Shown: in pieces, positions 1-8,186 of the stretch
Layout: every line of letters begins with the position of its first letter
Numbering within the stretch: the stretch's first letter is position 1
From: Luminiphilus sp.
GTDB lineage: Bacteria > Pseudomonadota > Gammaproteobacteria > Pseudomonadales > Halieaceae
Length of the DNA: 43,891 bases
Reading direction: 5' to 3'
Assembly (NCBI GenBank): GCA_038151055.1
Contig: JAYOUT010000001.1
Span: 34,193-78,083 of the forward strand
Notes under the pieces: model-generated
Database searches by the model: none
The model's input: only the letters and a program-made list of their open reading frames with translations
What the model was told of the DNA's origin: nothing
Translations under genes and position numbers: made by a program

Positions 1-95
1 ACCAACCTGACTCTGTGGCTGTAATGACTGGTGTTGTCGGAGAATAGGGTCATGGAGGATCGTTTTGAAACGATCCCGGAAGCATCATCTGACAT
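1..95 (-). CDS. sspA: Stringent starvation protein A, N-terminal part (runs off window edge)
   Basis: Not in the ORF track. Manual translation from ATG at 95 gives MSDDASGIVSKRSSMTLFSDNTSHYSHRVRL, matching the SspA N-terminus (KRSxMTLFS...YSH.VR). Usual position downstream of petC. Confidence 0.85.
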   Translation of the reverse strand, partial: MSDDASGIVSKRSSMTLFSDNTSHYSHRVRL

Positions 96-123
96 AGGGT
101 TTCAACTGATCAAAGGGTGGCGA

Positions 124-132
124 AGTGTACCA
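124..132 (-). promoter_or_regulatory. Putative extended -10 promoter (TGG-TACACT) for sspA
   Basis: Minus strand TGGTACACT about 30 nt upstream of the sspA ATG. A GC hairpin (140-158, GGGGGCA/TGCCCCC) lies between it and the cytochrome b/c1 stop. Confidence 0.35.
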
Positions 133-174
133 CTCAATAGGGGGCAGTGGTTGCCCCCGCGGCTGAGTTCGTGC

Positions 175-2175
175 TCAGTGGACGTCTTTCCAATATTCCC
201 GATTCAGCAACCAGGCGAAAATAAAGAACACCACCAAGAACAGTAATACGTAGGTTCCAATCCGGATCCGGTCCGTTTTATAGGGCTCCGCGGTGTAGGC
301 AAGGAAATTCACCAGATCATACATGGCGCCATCAAACTGCTCTGCAGACATCACGCCAGCCGACGCCACGCTCACTGTCTTGCACTGTTCAGCTTTGGCA
401 GCGGGAGATCCCGTCTCGTCAGCGCAAGCGGACAGCCCTTGTAATTCCATCAGCACATGAGGCATTCCCACGTTGGGGTACACCCGGTTGTTCACGCCAT
501 AGGGCCGCAGCTCGTCCTCGTAAAACGCTCGCAAATAAGTGTAAAGCCAGTCTGGCTGCCTCGATCGCGCGACCAGAGTCAAATCCGGCGGTGTTGCACC
601 GAACCATACCTTCGCCTCACCCTTATCCATACTGTTGGCCATCAGCGACCCCAGCTTGATCTCGGGATCAAAAACCAGATTGGCCTTGTAGAGATCTTCG
701 GGAATCCCCAGATCCCTAGCCACCCGGTTGTGCCGCGAATACTGCAGTGAATGGCAGCCCATGCAATAGCTCGCATACAAAGCGGCGCCACGTTGCAGAG
801 ACGGTTTGTCCGTCGCGTCCGCTTCGAATGCATCGCAGGGGATGGTGCCACAATCATATGCCGACTCCGCACCCACCGCCTTCAGGGGCAAGAACGTCAT
901 AGCACCGATGAGGGCCAGCGTCGCGAGGCTCTTCCACATTGGCATACCGCCATCCATCGTCACGCGCTCGGGGACCGGCTTGTTGCGATCCAAGCGCGAC
1001 CACCAGGGCATGGCGAGGAAGAAGAAGAAGTAGAAGATAGTGCAGATCTGGGCCAGTACGGTTCTTTCTGGCGTCGGTGACTTGACGCCGAGCACCCCGA
1101 GAATGATGAACGACACCACAAACAGCAGCAGCATGACGCGATTCATCATGCCCCGGTAACGCCAAGACTTAACGGGGTTGCGATCCAACCACGGCAACGC
1201 GAACGGAATCACCACCGAGATCGCAAAGAACACAAAGCCCCAAAACTTGTCCGGGACGGCTCGGAGCACCGAGTAGAACGGAGTGAAGTACCACACAGGC
1301 GCAATATGCTCTGGGGTTTTCAGCCCATTGGCTTCCTCGAAATTCGCATACTCGAGGAAAAAGCCGCCCATTTCAGGGGCGAAAAACAAAATGCCGCAGA
1401 AGAAGAACAGGAATACGGCAATGCCCTGTACGTCATGGACCGAGTAATAGGGGTGGAACTTGATACCATCCAGCGGCACGCCGTCTGGCCCCTTGTTCTT
1501 CTTGATCTCAACGCCATCTGGGTTGTTAGAGCCCACTTCATGGAGCGCAAGGATGTGCAACACCACGAGCGCCAGCAACACGATGGGCAGGGCCACCACA
1601 TGCAAGGCGAAGAAACGGTTCAGCGTGATGCCTGAAATCAAGTAGTCACCACGAATCCACGTGACGATGTCTTCACCCACTACGGGAATCGCGCCGAACA
1701 GAGAAATAATGACCTGAGCGCCCCAATATGACATTTGGCCCCAGGGCAAAACGTAGCCCACAAAAGCCTCGGCCATCAGCACAACGAAGATCAGCATGCC
1801 AAAGATCCAAATCAGCTCACGCGGCTTCTTGTAAGAGCCATACAGCAGTGCCCGCATCATGTGTAGGTAGACCACGACGAAGAAAGCAGACGCGCCAGTG
1901 GAGTGCATGTAGCGCAGCAACCAGCCGTAATCAACGTCGCGCATGATGTACTCAACCGAGGCAAACGCTTCCTCGGCGGACGGTGTGTAATTCATGGTCA
2001 ACCAGATACCGGTCAGGAGCTGATTGACCAGCACCAGCAAGGAGAACACACCAAAGAAATACCAGAGGTTGAAGTTCTTGGGCGCATAATACTCAGCCAT
2101 GTGCGTGTTCCAGGTCCGCGTCAGCGGCAACCGGTCATCAATCCACGACATCAACCCTGTTAATGCTTTTTCCAT
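175..2175 (-). CDS. petBC: Fused cytochrome b / cytochrome c1 of the bc1 complex (PetB-PetC, FbcH-like)
   Basis: Cytochrome b motifs (RYMHSTGAS, YLH, LPWGQMSYWG, FALH, PVWY), then a hydrophobic linker, c1 CMGCH (751-765), PPDL, axial Met in VGMPH and a C-terminal TM anchor. ATG at 2175 overlaps the petA stop (TGATG). Confidence 0.95.
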   Translation of the reverse strand: MEKALTGLMSWIDDRLPLTRTWNTHMAEYYAPKNFNLWYFFGVFSLLVLVNQLLTGIWLTMNYTPSAEEAFASVEYIMRDVDYGWLLRYMHSTGASAFFVVVYLHMMRALLYGSYKKPRELIWIFGMLIFVVLMAEAFVGYVLPWGQMSYWGAQVIISLFGAIPVVGEDIVTWIRGDYLISGITLNRFFALHVVALPIVLLALVVLHILALHEVGSNNPDGVEIKKNKGPDGVPLDGIKFHPYYSVHDVQGIAVFLFFFCGILFFAPEMGGFFLEYANFEEANGLKTPEHIAPVWYFTPFYSVLRAVPDKFWGFVFFAISVVIPFALPWLDRNPVKSWRYRGMMNRVMLLLFVVSFIILGVLGVKSPTPERTVLAQICTIFYFFFFLAMPWWSRLDRNKPVPERVTMDGGMPMWKSLATLALIGAMTFLPLKAVGAESAYDCGTIPCDAFEADATDKPSLQRGAALYASYCMGCHSLQYSRHNRVARDLGIPEDLYKANLVFDPEIKLGSLMANSMDKGEAKVWFGATPPDLTLVARSRQPDWLYTYLRAFYEDELRPYGVNNRVYPNVGMPHVLMELQGLSACADETGSPAAKAEQCKTVSVASAGVMSAEQFDGAMYDLVNFLAYTAEPYKTDRIRIGTYVLLFLVVFFIFAWLLNREYWKDVH

Positions 2176-2795
2176 CACGCCACCTCCGCATCAACGCCGA
2201 TCACGAGGACGTTGTCGTTTTCAAATGAGTAGGGGGGTACTTCCAAATTCGCGGATGCGGGCACGCCTTTGTAAACGCGCCCCGCTAGGTCGAATTTGGA
2301 GCCATGGCAAGGGCAGAAGAAGCCACCCAGCCAGTCATCACCACCTAGGTCCGCAGCGCCCACCTCGGGCCGAAACTTGGGCGCACAGCCCAAGTGCGTG
2401 CACAGCCCGACGATCACCAAAAATTCGTCATTAATCGCCCTGCCCTCGCCGGCAATGTAATCGGGCTGCGCCGAAGATGCCGACTGAGGATCTTTCAAAT
2501 CGTTGTTCAAGCCCGGCAAGCCTGCGATCTGCTCTTCGGTACGCCGCAAGACGTATACGGGCTTGCCACGCCACTCAATCACGACCATCTGGCCGGGCTC
2601 TAACTTGCTGATGTCAGCACGCACTGGTGCGCCAGCCGCCTTCGCCTTCTCTGAGGGGTTCCAGGAGCCCAAAAACGGGACCGCCACGCCAGCCACACCG
2701 CCAATACCAACGGCAGAGGTGGCCGCGGTCAAAAATCGTCGGCGGGTTTGGCTGTCGCCAGCATCAGAATGGTGGGCTTCGGTTGTATCGGTCAT
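2175..2795 (-). CDS. petA: Ubiquinol-cytochrome c reductase Rieske iron-sulfur subunit
   Basis: Tat motif TRRRFL; Rieske boxes CTHLGC and CPCHGS. Confidence 0.97.
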   Translation of the reverse strand: MTDTTEAHHSDAGDSQTRRRFLTAATSAVGIGGVAGVAVPFLGSWNPSEKAKAAGAPVRADISKLEPGQMVVIEWRGKPVYVLRRTEEQIAGLPGLNNDLKDPQSASSAQPDYIAGEGRAINDEFLVIVGLCTHLGCAPKFRPEVGAADLGGDDWLGGFFCPCHGSKFDLAGRVYKGVPASANLEVPPYSFENDNVLVIGVDAEVA

Positions 2796-2904
2796 TTATG
2801 AGCGTCTCCCGTTGGGTCATATCGCCTGCCATAACGCCCCACAAAAAAGCAGCGGTGCGGGGAAGTCAGTTTGGTTTGACACGCAAGATAAGTTCAGCGC
2901 GCGA

Positions 2905-2933
2905 AGTGTAATGGTCGTTACCGCCACCAGCAA
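2905..2933 (-). promoter_or_regulatory. Putative sigma70 promoter of pet operon
   Basis: Minus strand TTGCTG-17 nt-TACACT upstream of petA. Confidence 0.35.
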
Positions 2934-2984
2934 GTTGAATTACGCGCTGCGATCTCGGGGAGATCAGCTCCCTCCTCCATCAGG

Positions 2985-3308
2985 TTATCGGTTCGCCACG
3001 ACGCCATTCACCAGCACCACACCGATCACTATCATCACCAACCCCGCGATGGCCCGCCACGCCAACGCCTGTTCGAAGAACACGTAGCCAAATAAAGTAA
3101 TCAAGAAAATACCGAGGCCTGACCAAGTGGCATAAACCACCGCAATCGGCAGCGTGTTGAGTGCGAAAGTCAGACAATAAAACGACGCCGCGTAGCAGGC
3201 GATCAATGACACCGTGGGCAGAGGCCGCGTGAAATTTTGACTCACGGGCAGCAACATCGTGCCGGAAACTTCCAGCGCCACTGCGATCAGTAAATACAGG
3301 TAAGGCAT
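2985..3308 (-). CDS. Small multidrug resistance (SMR/DMT) exporter, EmrE/QacE-like
   Basis: About 107 aa, four hydrophobic helices, membrane Glu in AVALEVSGT, YATWSGLG motif. Start moved to ATG 3308, behind a GAGG RBS. Confidence 0.88.
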   Translation of the reverse strand: MPYLYLLIAVALEVSGTMLLPVSQNFTRPLPTVSLIACYAASFYCLTFALNTLPIAVVYATWSGLGIFLITLFGYVFFEQALAWRAIAGLVMIVIGVVLVNGVVANR

Positions 3309-3469
3309 GCTCAATCCCTCGCTGTTTTCGAGCGCCCGGCCAAGTGCAATCGACATCACGGTCGGTTTGGGCGTCAGCGCCTCTGCAACCTACACGCCGA
3401 ACCTCACTTGCGCAGCAACCCTGAATCGCGCTCCAGAGACTGTAGCGCCGCGATCTCGTGCTAGCGAGC

Positions 3470-3499
3470 AAAAAAAACGCCCGCATTAGCGGGCGTTTT
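3470..3499 (-). terminator. Rho-independent terminator of rplM-rpsI
   Basis: Minus strand AAAACGCCCGC-TAAT-GCGGGCGTTTTTTTT just after the rpsI stop. Confidence 0.9.
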
Positions 3500-3515
3500 G
3501 GTGTTTGGCTGATAT

Positions 3516-3908
3516 TTAGCGCTTGGAGAACTGTGGACGGCGGCGAGCTTTTCGCAGGCCCACTTTCTTACGCTCAACCTCTCGCGCATCGCGAGTGACA
3601 TAACCGGCCGCTCGCAGGGTTCCGCGAAGGCTCTCGTCGTACTCCAGCAAAGCGCGCGTCAGGCCGTGTCGGATGGCACCTGCCTGCCCAAAACTGCCGC
3701 CGCCCGTCACCGTCACGTTAGCGTCAAAGTTACCGGTGTTCTCGGTCAACTCCAGCGGCTGCCGCACGATCATTCGCGCGACTTCGCGGCCAAAATACTC
3801 GTCGATAGAGCGGCCGTTAATCGTGATGTTGCCGTTGCCATTGCGTAAAAAGACGCGCGCCGTCGAAGTCTTGCGTCTTCCTGTCCCGTAATACTGTGCG
3901 GTTGCCAT
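3516..3908 (-). CDS. rpsI: 30S ribosomal protein S9
   Basis: [11 protein letters not shown]-terminus and [10 protein letters not shown]-terminus. Confidence 0.99.
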   Translation of the reverse strand: MATAQYYGTGRRKTSTARVFLRNGNGNITINGRSIDEYFGREVARMIVRQPLELTENTGNFDANVTVTGGGSFGQAGAIRHGLTRALLEYDESLRGTLRAAGYVTRDAREVERKKVGLRKARRRPQFSKR

Positions 3909-3918
3909 CCAGACCTCC

Positions 3919-4347
3919 TCAGATCGTCAGTGGCTGCGGCTGCTGCGCCGAGTGTGGGTGCGTGGGCCCCGCGTAAACCTTAAGCTTTTTCAGCATGGCG
4001 CGGCCAAGAGGGCTACGGGGCATCATGCCCTTCACAGCGCGCTGGATGACGCGCTCAGGAGCGCGTGAAATCAACTGCTCGAAACTGGCCGAGCGGATGC
4101 CGCCCGGGAAGCCCGTGTGGTGGTAGTACATCTTGTCGGTCTGCTTCGCACCGGTTACCCGAATTTTCTCGCAGTTCACCACAACAACGTAGTCGCCCAT
4201 GTCCATATGTGGGGTGTATTCGGGCTTGTGCTTGCCGCGCAGCCTGTGTGCAATTTCAGTGGCGAGACGACCGAGGGTCTTGTCCTCAGCATCAACAACC
4301 AACCAGTCGTGATGCACGTCTTCTGCCTTGGCGCTATATGTTTTCAT
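3919..4347 (-). CDS. rplM: 50S ribosomal protein L13
   Basis: MKTYSAK start at ATG 4347; [26 protein letters not shown]. Confidence 0.99.
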   Translation of the reverse strand: MKTYSAKAEDVHHDWLVVDAEDKTLGRLATEIAHRLRGKHKPEYTPHMDMGDYVVVVNCEKIRVTGAKQTDKMYYHHTGFPGGIRSASFEQLISRAPERVIQRAVKGMMPRSPLGRAMLKKLKVYAGPTHPHSAQQPQPLTI

Positions 4348-4383
4348 GACCAAAGCCCTGAGGGCGGTTCAAAAGGAGCGCGG

Positions 4384-4412
4384 ATGTTACTGGAGACCCC
4401 AAAGCCTTTCAA
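4384..4412 (-). promoter_or_regulatory. Sigma70 promoter of rplM-rpsI with GC-rich discriminator
   Basis: Minus strand TTGAAA-17 nt-TAACAT followed by CCGCGCTCC. Confidence 0.6.
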
Positions 4413-4434
4413 CCGTTATTTTGTCAGGCCCGCG

Positions 4435-5532
4435 TCAGGGGTGATGCTCTGCCTGAAGGTACTCCTGGGTGCGCATTTCCTGAAGCCGCGATACCGTCCG
4501 CTCGAACTCAAAAGCCAGCCGCGTGCCCACATACAGTGACTCGGGCGGCTCGGCCGCCGTCGCGATGAGTTTGACGTTGCGGTCATAGAACTCATCTACC
4601 AGATTGACGAAGCGCCGCGCCGCGTCCTCTCTGTCTTTCCCGATTACAGGGATATTCTCGATCAGCACAGTGTGATACTCGCGTGCGATCTCCACGTAAT
4701 CTGATGCACTTCTGGCATCCTCACACAGAGTGCCAAAATCAAACCACGCCACACCCGTTGCACCGGCAATCAGTGGCAATTGTCTCTGGTTCACCTCGAT
4801 CACTACTGCATCGCCCACAGGTCGCCCCGTCAAGGAAGTGAAGTACTCCTCGAGTGAGGCCCGGGCAGAATCCTCGTGAGGCACATGCCACAAATCGGCG
4901 CGACTGAGCGTTCTAAAACGATAGTCCGTCGTCGAGTCGAGATGTGTTACCTGCAGGTGCGACTCGAGCAGGGCGATTGCGGGCAGAAAGCGACTGCGTT
5001 GCAGTCCGTCACGATAAAGATCGGCAGGCGGAATATTAGAGGTGGCCACCAAAGTCACGCCCCTGCGAAATAACGCGTCGATCAAGCCCGCAAGAATCAT
5101 GGCATCGCCGATGTCGCTCACGAAAAATTCGTCAAAGCACAGCACCATGGCGTCATCGGCAATGTCTTCAGCGACCTGCTCGAGCGGGTTTTTCGCACCG
5201 CCATGCTCAGTCAGCGCGTTGTGCACTCGCTGCATAAAGCGATGGAAATGCACTCTCAGCTTGCGCTCAAAGGGCAGTGCGTCGAAGAAGATATCCATTA
5301 AATGGGTCTTCCCCCTGCCGACACCGCCCCACAGGTAGAGGCCTTGTTCAGGCACGCGGGGACGCCCCATCCACCTCGCCACCCGCGCCGACAGACCGCG
5401 CTCACGCGCCAGCCTGGCGCACAAACGGCTGTGCAGCTCATCCAACTGACCAATCGCCTCGGCCTGCGCCGGATCCTCTAGGAGCGTGCCGGCAGCCAGT
5501 TCTTTCTCATACCGTTGTAAAGGTGAAAGCAC
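4435..5532 (-). CDS. zapE: Cell division ATPase ZapE (AFG1 family)
   Basis: GLYLWGGVGRGKT Walker A, CFDEF Walker B, ATSN, FERTVSRLQEM. GTG start. Confidence 0.95.
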   Translation of the reverse strand: MLSPLQRYEKELAAGTLLEDPAQAEAIGQLDELHSRLCARLARERGLSARVARWMGRPRVPEQGLYLWGGVGRGKTHLMDIFFDALPFERKLRVHFHRFMQRVHNALTEHGGAKNPLEQVAEDIADDAMVLCFDEFFVSDIGDAMILAGLIDALFRRGVTLVATSNIPPADLYRDGLQRSRFLPAIALLESHLQVTHLDSTTDYRFRTLSRADLWHVPHEDSARASLEEYFTSLTGRPVGDAVVIEVNQRQLPLIAGATGVAWFDFGTLCEDARSASDYVEIAREYHTVLIENIPVIGKDREDAARRFVNLVDEFYDRNVKLIATAAEPPESLYVGTRLAFEFERTVSRLQEMRTQEYLQAEHHP

Positions 5533-5550
5533 GAGTTTTATAAGCCTTTC

Positions 5551-5700
5551 GAGCGGTTGTCTTCAGCGGCGCGCAGGTTAGCACGCGATGTTGATGCGGC
5601 CGGCCCACCCAGATGGATCACTGCCTTGATAACGTCTGCAGATACCAGCGCTCCAAGGCCCCTGAAATCTCTCGGGGGAGCATCAGCGACGCCACCGCTC
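5551..5700 (+). ncRNA. Candidate structured non-coding RNA, family unrecognised
   Basis: Nested stems: 5551-57/5694-5700, 5590-97/5680-87, 5623-28/5654-59, 5660-65/5672-77. Possible promoter TTGTAA-18 nt-TATAAG directly upstream. Confidence 0.3.
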
Positions 5701-5793
5701 TCTTGCAGTACACTGTGAGGCAAGGTGTGCCGACAGCGCCGCCGGCTCTGAAGAGCAGATCAACGCCTGAACAACCAGAGGATCATCGCCGCT

Positions 5794-6240
5794 ATGTACA
5801 CCATGTCTCATCTTTTGATCGCGCTGTTCATCGGTGGCGGTATCGGCGGTTTCATTGGCTGGTATGTCGCCATGAACAACAGAGGCGACAACAAGCGCAA
5901 GGTTATCATGGACTTGGAGAGCCAGCTCGATCAGGCGGCGCAAAGCCGCGCTGATTATGAGGCCGAAGTTACAGAGCATTTTGCGCAAACGGCAGATTTA
6001 CTGCACAAGCTCACGGACGACTATCGTGCGGTCTACACACATCTTGCCGATGGCGCTGAGCAACTCTGTGGCGATCAAGTCAGCATCTCGGAGGCCGCTT
6101 TGACGGCGCCTGCCGAGGATGCCAAGCCACATTTGGTCGAAGTGGCGCAGCCGCTGGATTACGCGCCAAAAAAACCCGACGAGCAGGGCCAACTTTCAGA
6201 AACATTTGGGCTGGACAAGTCCAATAGCACCGCTGCCTGA
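5794..6240 (+). CDS. yhcB: YhcB/ZapG family (DUF1043) membrane protein
   Basis: N-terminal TM helix, coiled coil, HFAQTADLL..L..DY..VY.HLA and QPLDYAP motifs; divergent from zapE as usual. Confidence 0.9.
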   Translation: MYTMSHLLIALFIGGGIGGFIGWYVAMNNRGDNKRKVIMDLESQLDQAAQSRADYEAEVTEHFAQTADLLHKLTDDYRAVYTHLADGAEQLCGDQVSISEAALTAPAEDAKPHLVEVAQPLDYAPKKPDEQGQLSETFGLDKSNSTAA

Positions 6241-6246
6241 CTCCGA

Positions 6247-7002
6247 TCAGGCGGGGTTATCGATATCGATGAACTCGTGCCGGATGCCCAGCGCACTGGC
6301 GACGGTCTCACCCACTGCCTGAACACCATAGCGCTCTGTCGCATGATGACCCGCAGCGATAAAGGCGATGCCGCGCTCGCGGGCAACGTGCACAGTCTGC
6401 TCAGACACCTCCCCCGTCACATAGACGTCGGCTCCCGCGTCGGCTGCTTGATCGATGTAGCCCTGACCGGCACCCGTGCACCACGCCACCGACTGCACTG
6501 ACCCGTCACCCACCACAAGGGGCTGACGATCCAGCGCAGCGCCCAGCCGCTCTGCCAGCGCGCTGACCGGCATGGGCGCCTCCAGAGACCCCTGAAATAC
6601 GGGCGTGCCCGGGTCGTCAGGGTCAATCGGTGCCGACGTCGTGACCCCCATGAGCTGTCCTAACATGACATTGTTTCCGTATTGCGGATGGCAATCGAGG
6701 GGCAGGTGGTAAGCGAGCATATTGATATTGGCGCTCATCAGTGTGCGCACCCTCTGTGCTTTCATGCCCGTAATGCGCGCATCTTCAGAGCGCCAGAAGT
6801 AGCCGTGATGCACCAGAATCGCTTCGGCGCCGCGAGTCCGTGCCTCATCTAAAAGCGCCTGACTGGCTGTCACACCCGTCACGAGGTAATCGATTTCCTC
6901 CGCTCCCTCGACCTGTAACCCGTTGGGGCAGTAATCCCGGAACCGCTCTGGCTGCAGTAATTCATCCAAAAAGTCGCACAGTTGCTGCCGCGTGCACGCC
7001 AT
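6247..7002 (-). CDS. Nif3-like dinuclear metal centre hexameric protein (YbgI family)
   Basis: DYCPNGLQVEG, VHHG, YHLPLD.HP, GHHATE motifs. Start moved to ATG 7002. Confidence 0.93.
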   Translation of the reverse strand: MACTRQQLCDFLDELLQPERFRDYCPNGLQVEGAEEIDYLVTGVTASQALLDEARTRGAEAILVHHGYFWRSEDARITGMKAQRVRTLMSANINMLAYHLPLDCHPQYGNNVMLGQLMGVTTSAPIDPDDPGTPVFQGSLEAPMPVSALAERLGAALDRQPLVVGDGSVQSVAWCTGAGQGYIDQAADAGADVYVTGEVSEQTVHVARERGIAFIAAGHHATERYGVQAVGETVASALGIRHEFIDIDNPA

Positions 7003-7081
7003 AAGCGATCCAAAATGTTTTCGAGTGTAGAGAGAATAACCAGCGCACCATGATTTACAATGCTTGTTCGGGGAGACGAAT

Positions 7082-8185
7082 GTGAAACAAGACCTGATTG
7101 CTTTTATCTGGCCAGCTTTAGTCGGCGTCTTGGGCGCCGCATTGATTCTGGACAGGTGGGTACTCCCCGAGGCGGGAAGCGGCAATGCGCCGTCAACCGG
7201 CAGCTTCCGAGAGGCGGTTGCGCTCGCCACCCCCTCTGTCGTCAACATTTACACCGCCAAGCTGGTGGAAACGCGCACCGACCCGCGCCTGAACTCCCCA
7301 ATGCAGCGTCGATTTCGATCTAATCGGGGCCGGGGACAGCGCATCGAGCGTTCCCTGGGCTCGGGTGTCATCCTTCGGTCCGACGGGCACATTGTCACCA
7401 ACAACCACGTGATCGAGGGCGCAGACGCTATTCAGGTGTTGCTCGCCGACGGTCGCTCAGCCAGCGCGTCGGTAGTGGGCACTGACCCCGAAACAGATCT
7501 GGCCATCCTTCACATCGACCTGCCAGACCTGACCCCCATAGAACTCGCCGACACTGACAATATCGCGGTGGGCGATGTCGTGCTGGCCATTGGCAATCCC
7601 TATGGTTTTGGCCATTCAGTGTCTCAGGGCATTGTCTCGGGGGTCGGCCGTTTTGGCCTGCAACTGTCGACCTACGAGGGGTACATTCAGACAGACGCGA
7701 CTGTCCATCTGGGGAGCTCGGGCGGCGCGTTAATCGACAGTCAGGGAAAGTTGGTCGGAATTAACACCCTCATTTATACGGCCGGCGCAGAGCGCGGCGA
7801 AGAGACCCCGGGCATTGGCATCAATCTGGCCACACCCAGTGATTTGGCAGCATCTGTATTGAGCGACATTGTCAGTTATGGCCGCGTTATTCGCGGCTGG
7901 CTGGGAGTGAGCGTAGAGGTGCTGCTTAGTGAAGGACAATCCGGCACGCCTGCGCAGCAGCTGATCGTGACAGATCTCGCGCCGGGCGGGCCCGCGGAGC
8001 GTGCTGGTATCAGACTGAACGACATCATTGTTGCGATGGATGGTGAAGCCGTGGTGGATGGCCGCGCCGCGATGATACAAATTGCGCGACTTCGTCCGGG
8101 GCACCTACTGCGGGTCAACCTTGACCGTGACGGGTTGCCGGTCGAGCTGGAGGCCGTGGTCGGGACCCGCGCTAACTCGGGTTAA
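7082..8185 (+). CDS. degS: HtrA-family serine protease with one PDZ domain (DegS/AlgW-like)
   Basis: TM anchor, SLGSGVI, TNNHV (His), TDLA (Asp), GSSGG (Ser), C-terminal PDZ. Sits in the algW position next to Nif3. GTG 7082 behind GGGGAG. Confidence 0.82.
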   Translation: MKQDLIAFIWPALVGVLGAALILDRWVLPEAGSGNAPSTGSFREAVALATPSVVNIYTAKLVETRTDPRLNSPMQRRFRSNRGRGQRIERSLGSGVILRSDGHIVTNNHVIEGADAIQVLLADGRSASASVVGTDPETDLAILHIDLPDLTPIELADTDNIAVGDVVLAIGNPYGFGHSVSQGIVSGVGRFGLQLSTYEGYIQTDATVHLGSSGGALIDSQGKLVGINTLIYTAGAERGEETPGIGINLATPSDLAASVLSDIVSYGRVIRGWLGVSVEVLLSEGQSGTPAQQLIVTDLAPGGPAERAGIRLNDIIVAMDGEAVVDGRAAMIQIARLRPGHLLRVNLDRDGLPVELEAVVGTRANSG

Positions 8186-8186
8186 A

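Noticed and set aside
1282-1302. Cytochrome b Qo motif is PVWY rather than PEWY
   Set aside because: PVWY is a known normal variant in beta- and gammaproteobacteria.
3309-3469. Guanidine riboswitch upstream of the SMR gene
   Set aside because: No paired ACGR-loop hairpins or ykkC consensus visible, and the protein lacks Gdx-type helix-1 features.
5544-5570. Hammerhead-like CTGAAGA...GAAA on the minus strand
   Set aside because: The intervening bases cannot form stem II and flanking stems are missing.
5538-5988. Short ORFs in the zapE-yhcB spacer (61, 101 and 113 aa)
   Set aside because: No recognisable motifs or RBS; two overlap yhcB out of frame or antisense.
7003-7248. N-terminal extension on the Nif3 ORF
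   Set aside because: It is antisense to degS; the family N-terminus begins at ATG 7002.
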